The notes: generated by a model not told the origin, from the letters alone. Shown: positions 1 through 9,654, counted from the first letter of the stretch. The stretch: DNA of 24,839 nucleotides from an uncultured Thermococci archaeon (GCA_964615185.1 CAZTOS010000030.1:1-24839), one strand, 5' to 3'. A program made the numbers and translations.

Positions 1-59
1 CCAATCTCAACCCCATCCTCCACAACAGCAGTAGGATGAACGAAATATTTTTGAGACAC
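1..59 (-). CDS. 5' fragment (runs off window) of hexapeptide-repeat N-acetyltransferase, WbpD/WlbB-like
   Basis: Not in ORF track. Minus strand reads GTG(59-57) MSQKYFVHPTAVVEDGVEIG; HPTAVVE..V.IG is the typical N-terminus of left-handed beta-helix sugar acetyltransferases; GGGTG RBS at 66-70. Confidence 0.75.
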   Translation of the reverse strand, partial: MSQKYFVHPTAVVEDGVEI

Positions 60-93
60 TTTGAACACCCAAGAGATAGTGGTGTGGTCTTAG

Positions 94-110
94 AATATAA
101 ATTTGTTCAT
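94..110 (-). promoter_or_regulatory. Putative BRE/TATA promoter for the acetyltransferase gene
   Basis: Minus strand GAACAAATTTATATT about 35-45 nt upstream of the GTG start. Confidence 0.5.
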
Positions 111-124
111 CTCCTTAATACTAC

Positions 125-1027
125 TTATGTTCTGTTGAACTGAAGTATTTTTTTGATGTACTCACATGTTCTCGAATCAAAGGCAAGTCTTAGAATACTC
201 TTATAGTTTTCGACATTAAATGGAGAGATAGCTATGGAGTTTAAAACATAATTAACACCCTTTTCGATGTTCCCACTTATTAAATAAAGTAGACCAATCT
301 GGCTAAAGTGAATACTCAGAATTTTTGGAGTTTTATAGATGTCAATGTGCTTTCTGATGAATCTCTCCCTTCCATTAAGATATTTTTCCATGTTAAAGGA
401 TATCTGCTTGCCATGGACATAGTATTTTGCAACAACTTTACTAACATAATCAAATTTGTAGTATTTAGCTATCCTAAGCCACATATCCCAGTCCTGAGAA
501 CTTGTAAGTTTTTTATCAAACAGACCAGCTTTTTTAAAGCATTCTTTTCTAATCAAAAGTGTTGGACTTCCAATGAAGTTTTCTTTAAGGAGTTCTCTGT
601 AGACATTCCCTCTAAGTCTTGGTAACCGTTGGCCAATTATTTTTCCAGTCTCTTGAGAAATGTAATAGAAGCCACCATAAACGACTCCGAATTCATTGTC
701 TAACTCTTCGAACTTATATATCTGTACTTCCAATCTCTCAGGAAGCCATTCATCATCATCATCTAAGAAAGCTATAAATTTTCCCCTAGCTCTCTTTATA
801 CCATTGTTCCTTGCAACTGGAGCTCCCAAATTGGTTCTATGCCTTATATACTTCACTCTATTGTCATTGAAGCTTTCTACAATACTTTTTATGTCAATAG
901 GTGATGCGTCATCAACTATGATAACTTCGAAATCTTCAAAACTCTGATTTAGCACGCTTCTTACAGCTCTCCTTAAAAGCTCTGGCCGATTGTATGTTGG
1001 GATTATTACAGAAACTTCAGGCCTCAT
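125..1027 (-). CDS. GT2 family glycosyltransferase
   Basis: VSVIIPTYNR, IIVDDAS, ARNNGI, FLDDDDEW, QDWDMWLR motifs; ATGA overlap with the galU stop at 1024-1027. Confidence 0.93.
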   Translation of the reverse strand: MRPEVSVIIPTYNRPELLRRAVRSVLNQSFEDFEVIIVDDASPIDIKSIVESFNDNRVKYIRHRTNLGAPVARNNGIKRARGKFIAFLDDDDEWLPERLEVQIYKFEELDNEFGVVYGGFYYISQETGKIIGQRLPRLRGNVYRELLKENFIGSPTLLIRKECFKKAGLFDKKLTSSQDWDMWLRIAKYYKFDYVSKVVAKYYVHGKQISFNMEKYLNGRERFIRKHIDIYKTPKILSIHFSQIGLLYLISGNIEKGVNYVLNSIAISPFNVENYKSILRLAFDSRTCEYIKKILQFNRT

Positions 1028-1896
1028 ATCTTGCCTCCAATGCTTATTAAGTATTCTTCAAGCTTGAGTTTAAGCTCTTCTCTCTTCAAAGCGAGTTCTA
1101 TGTTGGCCTTTATAAATCCGAATTTATCTCCGACATCATATCTTCTCCCCTCAACTTTTTTGCCATAAATTTCAGTTCCCTTATTTAGTAATATCCTTAA
1201 AGCGTCGGTTAATTGAATTTCCCCACCTTTACCTGGTTTAACTTCTCTTAGGGCATCAAAGATTTCTGGAGTTAAAACATAACGACCGACAATTGCAATG
1301 TTACTTGGTGCCTCCTCCTTAGATGGCTTTTCAATTAAATCTTTGACTTCATAAAGCCCTTTTTGAATTTCTCTTCCATCAACGATACCATACCTACGGA
1401 CATTTTCCCAAGAAACTTTTTCCACACCTAAAACGGGAGTGTTAAAACGCTCAAAAATTTCCATCAACTGTTTAATTGCTGGGTTTTTGTCAATAACAAT
1501 ATCATCACCTAAAAGAACGGCAAAGGGTTCACCATTAACATGCTTCTCAGCATGCAAGATGGCATCTCCTAATCCCAAGGGTTTCTTCTGTCTAACATAA
1601 TAGATGTCAATCATTTCGCCAATTTCTTCAATCTGCTTTAATTCCTCAAGCTTCCCCCTTTCTCTTAGGTAGTACTCCAGTTCGAAACTTCTGTCAAAGT
1701 AATCTTCAATAGCCCTCTTTCCTTTTCCAGTAATAATCAAGATGTCGTCAATTCCGGCTTTTATTGCTTCTTCAACAACGTAATGAATGACAGGCTTGTC
1801 AACAATCGGAAGCATTTCCTTAGGCATTGACTTAGTTATTGGTAGCAACCTTGTACCAAGACCAGCCGCGGGGATGACGGCTTTTTTAACTTTCAC
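1024..1896 (-). CDS. galU: UTP--glucose-1-phosphate uridylyltransferase (GalU/AglF)
   Basis: KAVIPAAGLGTRLLPITK, PKEMLP, RQKKPLGLGDA, EKP, GEIQLTDA. Start moved to GTG 1896 (GTGA overlap with the ugd stop, GAGGGG RBS). Confidence 0.95.
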   Translation of the reverse strand: MKVKKAVIPAAGLGTRLLPITKSMPKEMLPIVDKPVIHYVVEEAIKAGIDDILIITGKGKRAIEDYFDRSFELEYYLRERGKLEELKQIEEIGEMIDIYYVRQKKPLGLGDAILHAEKHVNGEPFAVLLGDDIVIDKNPAIKQLMEIFERFNTPVLGVEKVSWENVRRYGIVDGREIQKGLYEVKDLIEKPSKEEAPSNIAIVGRYVLTPEIFDALREVKPGKGGEIQLTDALRILLNKGTEIYGKKVEGRRYDVGDKFGFIKANIELALKREELKLKLEEYLISIGGKI

Positions 1897-3164
1897 CAGC
1901 AAGCCCCCTCATAAATTCTCGCAGTTTTTTCAGCACTTCTAATTCTTCTCCCATCAATCACAATCTTTCCAGAGTAATCAAGCTTTTCAAATTCAGGCCA
2001 CTCAGTGACAATTAAGATTACATCAGTCTTTTCCAGAACTTCTTGAGCAGAATCTGTGTACTCAATTTGTGGGAATAAGAGCTTAAAGTTCTCCATTGCT
2101 TTAGGATCATAAGCAATAACTTTGGCTCCTTCTTCTAATAGTTTCTTCACAATTATTATCGCTCTTGCTTCTCTAATGTCATCAGTGTTAGGCTTAAATG
2201 CCAAACCTAATACTCCGACAGTTTGCTCTTTTAATTCTGGAACATACTTCTTCAACAGCTCAATCAGTTTTAATGGTTGTCTTTCATTAACCTCAATGAC
2301 TGCTTCCAGAATCAATGGCTCTTCTCCGATCTCCTTTGCCTTGCTAATTAGAGCTTTAACATCTTTGGGGAAGCATGAACCGCCGAAACCAATTCCGCTC
2401 TTGAAGAAGTGTGGACTGATCCTGTGATCCAAGCCGACTCCTTCAAAGACTTTCCATGAATCAATTCCTAATTTCTTACAAATGTTTCCTATTTCATTCG
2501 CAAAGCTGATTTTAGTTGCGAGGAAGGCGTTTGAGGCGTATTTAATCATTTCAGCAGTTTTAATATCAACGATTAGTTTTGGGGCATTAATTGGCTCGTA
2601 GAGCTTCTCCAAGACTTGCTTTGTTCTCTCATCTTGCGCGCCTATAACTATCCTATCTGGGTTCAAGAAGTCTCTTAATGCTATCCCTTCTCTCAAGAAT
2701 TCGGGGTTCATTGCTAAACCAAAGTCTTCAAAAGCCTTCTTGCCAGAATACTCCTCAAGGATAGGCTTCACGACTCCCTCAGTAGTTCCCGGGAGAACAG
2801 TACTCTTGACGACAACAACATGAAAAGCATCCTTCTCTTCTAATGCTTTGCCAATTTCTTTTGAAGCTTCTTTAATGTAAGTTAAATCAATTGAGCCGTC
2901 CCCTTTAGATGGCGTTCCAACACAAATAAACGTAACATCAGAATTCAAAACGGCTTCCTTAAAATCATTCGTTGCGTAGTATCTGCCCCTAAACTTTCTC
3001 ATAAGTTCTTCTAAGCCCTCCTCATAAATTGGAGGAGTAGCTTGATTAATCATCTGAATTTTCTTATCATCAATATCAACGAAAACAACCTCATTCCCAA
3101 CCTTAACAAACCCCACACCCGTAACAAGACCAACATAACCAGAACCTATAACCGAAATCTTCAT
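1893..3164 (-). CDS. ugd: UDP-glucose 6-dehydrogenase (Ugd/AglM-like)
   Basis: GSGYVG Rossmann motif, CVGTP, KSTVLPGT, NPEFLREG, catalytic GFGGSCFPKD, AFKPNTDD. Start moved to ATG 3164 after a GGTGAGG RBS. Confidence 0.93.
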   Translation of the reverse strand: MKISVIGSGYVGLVTGVGFVKVGNEVVFVDIDDKKIQMINQATPPIYEEGLEELMRKFRGRYYATNDFKEAVLNSDVTFICVGTPSKGDGSIDLTYIKEASKEIGKALEEKDAFHVVVVKSTVLPGTTEGVVKPILEEYSGKKAFEDFGLAMNPEFLREGIALRDFLNPDRIVIGAQDERTKQVLEKLYEPINAPKLIVDIKTAEMIKYASNAFLATKISFANEIGNICKKLGIDSWKVFEGVGLDHRISPHFFKSGIGFGGSCFPKDVKALISKAKEIGEEPLILEAVIEVNERQPLKLIELLKKYVPELKEQTVGVLGLAFKPNTDDIREARAIIIVKKLLEEGAKVIAYDPKAMENFKLLFPQIEYTDSAQEVLEKTDVILIVTEWPEFEKLDYSGKIVIDGRRIRSAEKTARIYEGACW

Positions 3165-3173
3165 AATCCTCAC

Positions 3174-3222
3174 CTACTTTAATAAAACAGTGGTTGTAGT
3201 TAATAAATTTAATCTCTGGTGA
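3174..3222. promoter_or_regulatory. Compact overlapping divergent promoters (ugd operon / GT4 cassette)
   Basis: TTTAATAA at 3178-3185 (+) and TTTATTAA at about 3200-3207 (-) in a 58-bp intergenic gap; GGTGA RBS on both sides. Confidence 0.5.
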
Positions 3223-4425
3223 ATGATGATGAGTGCCAAAAAGGTTGTCATGATATTATCTAATCCTTTTATTTCCGATCCAAGAGTTTATAAAGAAGCA
3301 AAGAGCCTTAGAAAAGCTGGTTATGAAGTAGTTATCTTAGCGTGGGATCGAGAGTGTTTAAATCCTAGAAGAGAAATCATTGATGGAATTGAGGTTAGAC
3401 GAATTCGTTTGAAGGCAGCTTATGGTAACCCGTTTAATTTATTAATAAAGCTTCCCATTTTTTACATAATGGCAATACTTGAGATAGTTCGGCTGAAGTT
3501 TGATACTATTCACACCCATGATTTTGATACAGCATTTTTAGGACTCCTATTCCAGAAAATTAAACGCAAAAAATGGATTTTTGACATTCATGATATATAT
3601 TTTGATAGGATTTCTATGGAAGGGTCAAACATGTTAAAGGATGCTATCGTATCACTCTTTTCTAAATTAGAAGTTATTTTTGCAAAAATGAGTGACATTG
3701 TTATTGTTCCCACTAGAAGCATAGGTGGGAGTTATGAAGGGTTAAAAGAGTTTTATTCTAAAAAAGGTGTCCCCCCGGAAAAAATTGCAGTAATATGGAA
3801 TTCTCCAGATTTTTCATTATTCAATGAGGAAAAATATCTAAGGAGTAGAAAGGAAAAGAGAGACAGAAAACCCTTTACTATAGGATATATAGGAAGTATA
3901 AGAACAGTTTCGGGATTTGTCCCTCTTTTGGAGGCAATCTTAGAATTTGGAAAAGAATACAAACTCCTTTTGGTAGGAGGGGGAACTGCCATCAGGAATC
4001 TTAAAAAGATAGTTTCAATGAAATACAGGCATTTAAATGTTGAATTTACTGGCCCGGTTCCCTATAAACGTGTTATCGAATATTATGCTCAATCTGATGT
4101 CATTTATGTTTACTATCCTATCCGAGAAAATATTAAGAGGGGGTTAGCTGTTAAGATGCTCGAAGCTGTGGGATTTGGGATTCCTGTGATAATTCCAGCT
4201 GGAACTTTAATGGAGGATTTTGTAAATGAATACAAGTGTGGAGTTGCATTTAATGGTGCCTCAGTTGAGGAACTCAAGAGGTGTCTAATTAAAGTTAAGA
4301 GAATTAGATTTAATCCTCAGCTAATACGAAAAAAGTGGAACTGGAAAAATGAGGAATATAAGTTGGTGAAGATTTATGAGGCAATATTTTATGAAAGTTC
4401 TTCAAAAGGAGATCAAAGATCCTAA
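3223..4425 (+). CDS. GT4 (GT-B fold) glycosyltransferase
   Basis: DPRVYKEAKSL, IHTHDFDT, FDIHD, IGYIGSI, KMLEAVGFGIPVI; exact start among the three tandem ATGs uncertain. Confidence 0.9.
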   Translation: MMMSAKKVVMILSNPFISDPRVYKEAKSLRKAGYEVVILAWDRECLNPRREIIDGIEVRRIRLKAAYGNPFNLLIKLPIFYIMAILEIVRLKFDTIHTHDFDTAFLGLLFQKIKRKKWIFDIHDIYFDRISMEGSNMLKDAIVSLFSKLEVIFAKMSDIVIVPTRSIGGSYEGLKEFYSKKGVPPEKIAVIWNSPDFSLFNEEKYLRSRKEKRDRKPFTIGYIGSIRTVSGFVPLLEAILEFGKEYKLLLVGGGTAIRNLKKIVSMKYRHLNVEFTGPVPYKRVIEYYAQSDVIYVYYPIRENIKRGLAVKMLEAVGFGIPVIIPAGTLMEDFVNEYKCGVAFNGASVEELKRCLIKVKRIRFNPQLIRKKWNWKNEEYKLVKIYEAIFYESSSKGDQRS

Positions 4426-5380
4426 TGGTGCAAAGTATCTCTTCAGATTTTATCATGATAATGACAAGAAGACCAAAGAAATAACTCTAAATACTATATT
4501 TGAGGCTGATAATGTTAATATCCAAGATTTTCCAAGATATCCCCATAGCAAAAAGTTTGCAGTAGTTTTGACTCATGACGTTGATTTAGTGAAACCTTCA
4601 TGGAAATATTATGCCTATCACATGGTGAGAAAATCACTAACTGGAGTTAAGCTCTTAATAAAGCGAAAGAATCCCTATGACACGTTTACTAAAATCGTGG
4701 AGATTGAAAAGAGTTTTGGTGCAAAATCAACGTTCTTTTTTATGGCTGTTGATAGAGACCCGACAGGAGTTCGTTACAAGATTGAGAACTTTAGAGAGAC
4801 AATAGAGATGCTTCTTGATGAAGGTTTTGAGGTAGGTCTTCATGGAAGTTTTACGGCCTATAAGGACTTTGACCAGCTGAAAATGGAAAAACAGAGGCTG
4901 GAAAAAGTTGTAGGTAGTGAGATCGTTGGATACAGAAATCACTACCTCCGCTTCAAGATTCCAGACACTTGGAGACTACTGGAGAAAGCTGGATTTGTGT
5001 ATGATTCGACGTTTGGCTACAATGATTTAGCGGGCTTTAGAGGTGGTATCCCTTATCCATTTTGGGCTTTTGATCCCCTGAGTGGAGAGGAATTTAGGAT
5101 TCTTGAGATTCCCCTTAACGTCATGGACGGGACACTACTTGGATACATGGGGCTTTCAGTAGAGAAAGCTTTTAAATTCGTGAAGCAGTTGATGAATATA
5201 GTTGAGAAGTACCATGGTGTCCTGACATTAAACTGGCACAACGATAAGTTCGATGGGATTTATTGGAAGGATTATGAGGAATTATATATAAAAATCCTAA
5301 AAGAAGCTAAGAAAAGGGATGCATGGATAACAAACTGCAAGGAGCTAATGGAGTGGTGGGTGGAGAATGGAGATACGTAA
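4376..5380 (+). CDS. Polysaccharide deacetylase family protein (CE4/NodB-like)
   Basis: LTHDVD, STFFF, EVGLHGS, GYRNHYLR, YDSTFG, LEIPL..MD, LNWHN; start may be 4376 or 4391. Confidence 0.85.
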   Translation: MRQYFMKVLQKEIKDPNGAKYLFRFYHDNDKKTKEITLNTIFEADNVNIQDFPRYPHSKKFAVVLTHDVDLVKPSWKYYAYHMVRKSLTGVKLLIKRKNPYDTFTKIVEIEKSFGAKSTFFFMAVDRDPTGVRYKIENFRETIEMLLDEGFEVGLHGSFTAYKDFDQLKMEKQRLEKVVGSEIVGYRNHYLRFKIPDTWRLLEKAGFVYDSTFGYNDLAGFRGGIPYPFWAFDPLSGEEFRILEIPLNVMDGTLLGYMGLSVEKAFKFVKQLMNIVEKYHGVLTLNWHNDKFDGIYWKDYEELYIKILKEAKKRDAWITNCKELMEWWVENGDT

Positions 5381-6314
5381 ACTTTCCAAAGAAGAGTACC
5401 AGAATTTTCTCTCTTCTCAAAATACTGCTCGGTGGACAGTATTCCACAATACATGGTGGCTTGAAATTTTTAGAAAGTGGTACAGGCACAGATATTATGT
5501 GGAATATTATGGAGTTATCAAAAATAACGAACTGCTGGCAGTTATGCCGGTTCCAGTCCATCAAAAGTTCATGTTTCTTAAAGTTGTAGCTCCCCCCCGG
5601 CTCACTCCATACCTAGGCCCCGTGTTTAAGGATGAAATATTAAAAGGAAAGCTCCCTTCTGTGATATCCAAAATAAAGGAGATAAATTCCTATTTTGCGA
5701 AAGTGTTAAAAAACCATTATCACTTAGTCATTAACTATCCGTTTTCTCCTTGGCATGTTGATTTGCAACCTTACAAGTGGGCTGGGTTTCGTGTTGGAGT
5801 ACATTATACGTACATTATAAATCTGGCTCAATCTCTGAAGGAAATCTGGGCCGAGATGGACAAGAGGAAACGGAATGAGATAAGAAAGGCAGAATCCTTA
5901 ACTCCGGAAGTTGTGGAGGATGATATTGACTCGTTCCTCGAACTGAATGTAATCACGTTTAGGCGCCAGGGGGTTAGTTATGATCTTAGAGCCCTTTGGG
6001 GGAGGTTGTTTGAGGAATGCTCGTCTAGGGGGCAGTGTAAGGTTTGGACTGCGTTTGTGCGGGGGGAGCCCATGGCGTCCCTGTTCCTTGTGTGGGATGA
6101 AAAACAGGCTTATTACCTTGGTGGGGGCATTAATGAGAATTCCAAGGGTTTGATGAGTTATCTTGTATGGAATGCGATAAAGTTCAGCAAAGAAAAAGGT
6201 TTAAATGTGTTCGACTTTGAAGGCTCTGACGTGCCAAGCATAGAGCAATACTTCAGACAGTTCGGAGGAGAAATAACCCCCGTGTATATCATTGAAGGGA
6301 GGAGGATAAGATGA
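5367..6314 (+). CDS. GNAT-fold FemAB-like / Acetyltransf_6 acyltransferase
   Basis: VFHNTWWL, TPYLGP, TYIINL..IW..MDKRKRNEIRKAE, YYLGGG, FDFEGS..IEQYFRQFGG. Confidence 0.8.
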   Translation: MEIRKLSKEEYQNFLSSQNTARWTVFHNTWWLEIFRKWYRHRYYVEYYGVIKNNELLAVMPVPVHQKFMFLKVVAPPRLTPYLGPVFKDEILKGKLPSVISKIKEINSYFAKVLKNHYHLVINYPFSPWHVDLQPYKWAGFRVGVHYTYIINLAQSLKEIWAEMDKRKRNEIRKAESLTPEVVEDDIDSFLELNVITFRRQGVSYDLRALWGRLFEECSSRGQCKVWTAFVRGEPMASLFLVWDEKQAYYLGGGINENSKGLMSYLVWNAIKFSKEKGLNVFDFEGSDVPSIEQYFRQFGGEITPVYIIEGRRIR

Positions 6315-7393
6315 AAAAAATTGTGATGATTGGGATCAGACATCACGTTGATGACGATAGAATTTATCACAAAGAAAGCTTGAGTTTAAAGAATAAGGGA
6401 TATAAAATTACGATAATAGGAATGCCTAAGATCACACCTGAAAAACTTGGTGTAGACAAGGTTATTGAGGTTAAGGGTTCTGTTTTCAAGAGGATTATTC
6501 AAGCAGTGCTATTTGGACTTCGAGAGCAGGCCGATATATATCATGTTCATGATATGGAAAGTTTAGTTTCTGGCATATTTATTAAAATCATTAGACCTGA
6601 ATCTAAGTTAATATGGGATGTTCATGAATACTACCCAGATATGATATCCCTTAGTAATTTTCTTGGAAAGCTTTTTCTCAGTTTAATGTGTTTTATTATT
6701 GAACCAATTGCTTCTAAATATCTCACCAAGCTTATTATAACTGCAGATAAGGCTACTGCAAAAAGATACCTTAAATGGAGTAACAAGGTATTTGTAGTTC
6801 ATAATTATGTAGAATTTGACAATAGCTCAATTTTCGATTTGAATCTTATGGAGAGTATAGCAACTCCTCCAGTTTTTGTGTATGTTGGGGGTATTTCAAT
6901 AGACAGAGGTTCTAATGTTCTGCATATGTTGGCGGATATAATCTCTACTTTTGGAGGATCCTTAGTATTGGTTGGTCCAGTTAAGGATAGGGTGTCAAAG
7001 GATATACTCCAAAAAAAGAAAAAAAATCTAATTTATCTTGGCCAATTACCTCATGAACAGATTCCTGCAGTTCTTAAGTGTAGTGACGTTGGAGTAATCC
7101 CTCTCAAGCCAATACCTAAGTATCATAAGAATATTCCAATAAAACTTTTTGAATATATGGCTTTTGGGCTTCCAATTCTGTCTTCTAAACTGAAAGCCAC
7201 CTGCGAGTTCATTATCGGAGATAAAGTTGGAGAATGCATTGAGTATGGTAATCCCTCCGATGTTCACAGAGCAATTTTTAAAATACTTAGTGAATATCCC
7301 CAATATAAAAAAAATTGTTTTAAAGCCTCTAATAAAAAGTATTCATGGAACGTTGCAGCTCACACCTTACTTAAAGCATATAATATAAGGTGA
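6311..7393 (+). CDS. GT4 (GT-B fold) glycosyltransferase
   Basis: DDRIYHKE, YHVHD, WDVHE, YVGGISIDRG, PIKLFEYMAFGLPI; ATGA overlap with the upstream gene. Confidence 0.9.
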   Translation: MKKIVMIGIRHHVDDDRIYHKESLSLKNKGYKITIIGMPKITPEKLGVDKVIEVKGSVFKRIIQAVLFGLREQADIYHVHDMESLVSGIFIKIIRPESKLIWDVHEYYPDMISLSNFLGKLFLSLMCFIIEPIASKYLTKLIITADKATAKRYLKWSNKVFVVHNYVEFDNSSIFDLNLMESIATPPVFVYVGGISIDRGSNVLHMLADIISTFGGSLVLVGPVKDRVSKDILQKKKKNLIYLGQLPHEQIPAVLKCSDVGVIPLKPIPKYHKNIPIKLFEYMAFGLPILSSKLKATCEFIIGDKVGECIEYGNPSDVHRAIFKILSEYPQYKKNCFKASNKKYSWNVAAHTLLKAYNIR

Positions 7394-7399
7394 CGAGTA

Positions 7400-8716
7400 A
7401 TGGAATGGATTCAGGCTCTCAAGGAGAAGATTAAAAAATTAGATACCTATGTAGGTATAGTTGGTCTCGGTTATGTTGGCCTTCCTTTAGCAGTGGCATT
7501 TTCAAAGAAGTTTGAAGTCGTTGGATATGACATTAATCCCAAGAAGGTAGAATTGCTGAGGCAAGGAAAAAGTTATGTTGAGGATGTAAGTGACAAGGAG
7601 ATTAACTTGAAAAGATTCAAACCTACAACTGACCCAAAAGAGCTTAAGAATTGTGATTTTATTATTATTACAGTCCCCACCCCTCTAAGAGCGGACAAGT
7701 CTCCTGATTTGACATATATCAAAAACGCCGCTAGGACTGTAGGTAGGATTCTAAGAAGGGGGCAGTTTGTAATTTTGGAGAGTACCACATATCCTGGAAC
7801 TACGGAAGAAGTTTTGGTACCAATACTGGAAGAAGAGAGTGGTCTAAAAGTTATCGAGGACTTTGGTGTTGCGTATTCGCCTGAAAGAGTGGATCCGGGA
7901 AATAAAAAGTACAAAATTGAGAACACGCCAAAAGTTGTGGGAGGGTTAACTCCTGAGTTTACTGAAATCGCATCGATGCTTTATGGGACAATAATTGAAA
8001 CGATTGTTCCTGTCAGAGACTGCAAGACTGCCGAAGCTGTTAAAATGGTTGAAAATATTTTCAGAAATGTAAACATTGCATTAGTAAATGAACTCGCGCT
8101 AATCTTTGAAAAAATGGGAATTGACATATGGGAGGTAATTGAGGCTGCAAAAACTAAACCTTATGGATTTATGGCTTTTTATCCAGGGCCAGGAGTAGGT
8201 GGACATTGCATTCCTCTCGATCCGTATTATCTATCATATAGAGCTAAGCAATTTGGAATTATCCCTAGATTTATTGAAACAGCGGGGGAAATAAATGATT
8301 ACATGCCAATTCACGTAGTGAACCTAGCAGAAAAAGGGTTGAGAAAAGTTGGCAAGAAGCTTAGGGGTGCTAAAGTGGGTGTACTTGGGTTAGCCTACAA
8401 AGCAAATATAAGTGATACTAGAGAGTCCCCAGCTATCAAGATAATTGAGGAGTTAATAGAGAGAGGAGCAAAAGTCAAAGTCTATGACTCACATGTTAAA
8501 AGTATACAAACCAGATTTGGGGAGTTTGTCTCAGAAAAATCCCTCAACACGGTGCTTAATTGGGCAGAATGTGTGATATTTACAGTTGATCACAAAGAGT
8601 TTAAGGAAATTGGAGTTGAACTAGTTAAGAAATATCCAAATAAAGTATTTATAGATACAAAAAATGTCATAAGAACTCCAATGAAAAATTTATGTACCTT
8701 GGGGAGGGGATGTTAA
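7400..8716 (+). CDS. UDP-N-acetylhexosamine 6-dehydrogenase (WbpA/WecC/TviB type)
   Basis: GLGYVGLP, VPTP, ESTTYPGTT, SPERVDPG, ENIFRNVNIA, GGHCIPLDP, AYKANISDTRESP. Confidence 0.92.
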   Translation: MEWIQALKEKIKKLDTYVGIVGLGYVGLPLAVAFSKKFEVVGYDINPKKVELLRQGKSYVEDVSDKEINLKRFKPTTDPKELKNCDFIIITVPTPLRADKSPDLTYIKNAARTVGRILRRGQFVILESTTYPGTTEEVLVPILEEESGLKVIEDFGVAYSPERVDPGNKKYKIENTPKVVGGLTPEFTEIASMLYGTIIETIVPVRDCKTAEAVKMVENIFRNVNIALVNELALIFEKMGIDIWEVIEAAKTKPYGFMAFYPGPGVGGHCIPLDPYYLSYRAKQFGIIPRFIETAGEINDYMPIHVVNLAEKGLRKVGKKLRGAKVGVLGLAYKANISDTRESPAIKIIEELIERGAKVKVYDSHVKSIQTRFGEFVSEKSLNTVLNWAECVIFTVDHKEFKEIGVELVKKYPNKVFIDTKNVIRTPMKNLCTLGRGC

Positions 8717-9654
8717 TGCAAAGCAATTTTCGAAAAACGCTAAATATGATATACAGACGCACTTTATGGAGACTAAATGATTATTTGAGTTATAAACAGC
8801 AGCTACGTAAAATACGAGCCGAAATAAACATTAATGATATCAGTGAGGAAATTGCTGAAGATATTCAGATGGCATTTATAATCTCCACTGGTAGAACTGG
8901 AACTAAGTCATTAGCATATTTATTTAATACTCTTCCAAATGTAATTTCACTTCACGAACCAAAACCTGACTTCTTACGTCTTGGTTTAGATTTCGCTACA
9001 AGAAGAGTTTCGTATAATATAGCCCATGCATTTTTTGTTAAATACCGCCTACCTCAAATTAAGAAATTTTCTGAAAGATATGATGTGTATATAGAATCAA
9101 ATAACAGACTATTTTCTTTAGTACCTATAATCTCTGAAGTATTTAAAGACAAAAGATTCAATTTGAAAATTGTTCATATCGTTCGGGATGGGAGGGATGT
9201 TGTTAGGTCTGGATTTAGCAGAGATTGGTACTCTATATTTGACCCATTCCCACGTTTACGTGCTGTTGATTTTCCAGATGACCCTTGGAGAAGTTCTTGG
9301 AAAAATTTTGATAGATTTGAAAAAATATGTTGGTTATGGCAGAAAAAGGATTCGATAATATACCATGACATTGGATATTTTAAAAATAGTATAACAGTTA
9401 AATTTGAAGATATTTTTAATCCTGAAAATGAATTTGAGGGTTTATGGAGAATAGTGGAATTCTTAGAGTTGACACCTTTTATTGAGGATAGCAAGATTGA
9501 TATCGAAGCATTTATGAAAAAGAAAATTAATAAGAATCCCGTTTATGCTTTACCTCACTGGACACAATGGCCACAACAGCGATTAGAACAGTTTTGGAAG
9601 ATAGCAGGAAAGCACATGAAGGAAGTAGGATACACAATGGAGGAGAGAATATGA
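8716..9654 (+). CDS. PAPS-dependent sulfotransferase family protein
   Basis: 5'-PSB loop FIISTGRTGTKSL, HEP, 3'-PB motif IVHIVRDGRDVVRS, VKFEDI. Start moved to ATG 8716 (TAATG overlap, GGGAGGGG RBS). Confidence 0.8.
   Translation: MQSNFRKTLNMIYRRTLWRLNDYLSYKQQLRKIRAEININDISEEIAEDIQMAFIISTGRTGTKSLAYLFNTLPNVISLHEPKPDFLRLGLDFATRRVSYNIAHAFFVKYRLPQIKKFSERYDVYIESNNRLFSLVPIISEVFKDKRFNLKIVHIVRDGRDVVRSGFSRDWYSIFDPFPRLRAVDFPDDPWRSSWKNFDRFEKICWLWQKKDSIIYHDIGYFKNSITVKFEDIFNPENEFEGLWRIVEFLELTPFIEDSKIDIEAFMKKKINKNPVYALPHWTQWPQQRLEQFWKIAGKHMKEVGYTMEERI

Noticed and set aside
749..764. (TCA)n microsatellite
   Set aside because: Encodes the FLDDDD acidic motif normal for GT2 enzymes.
3223..3290. ATGATGATGA as a C box
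   Set aside because: Tandem start codons of the GT4; no properly spaced D'/C'/D set.
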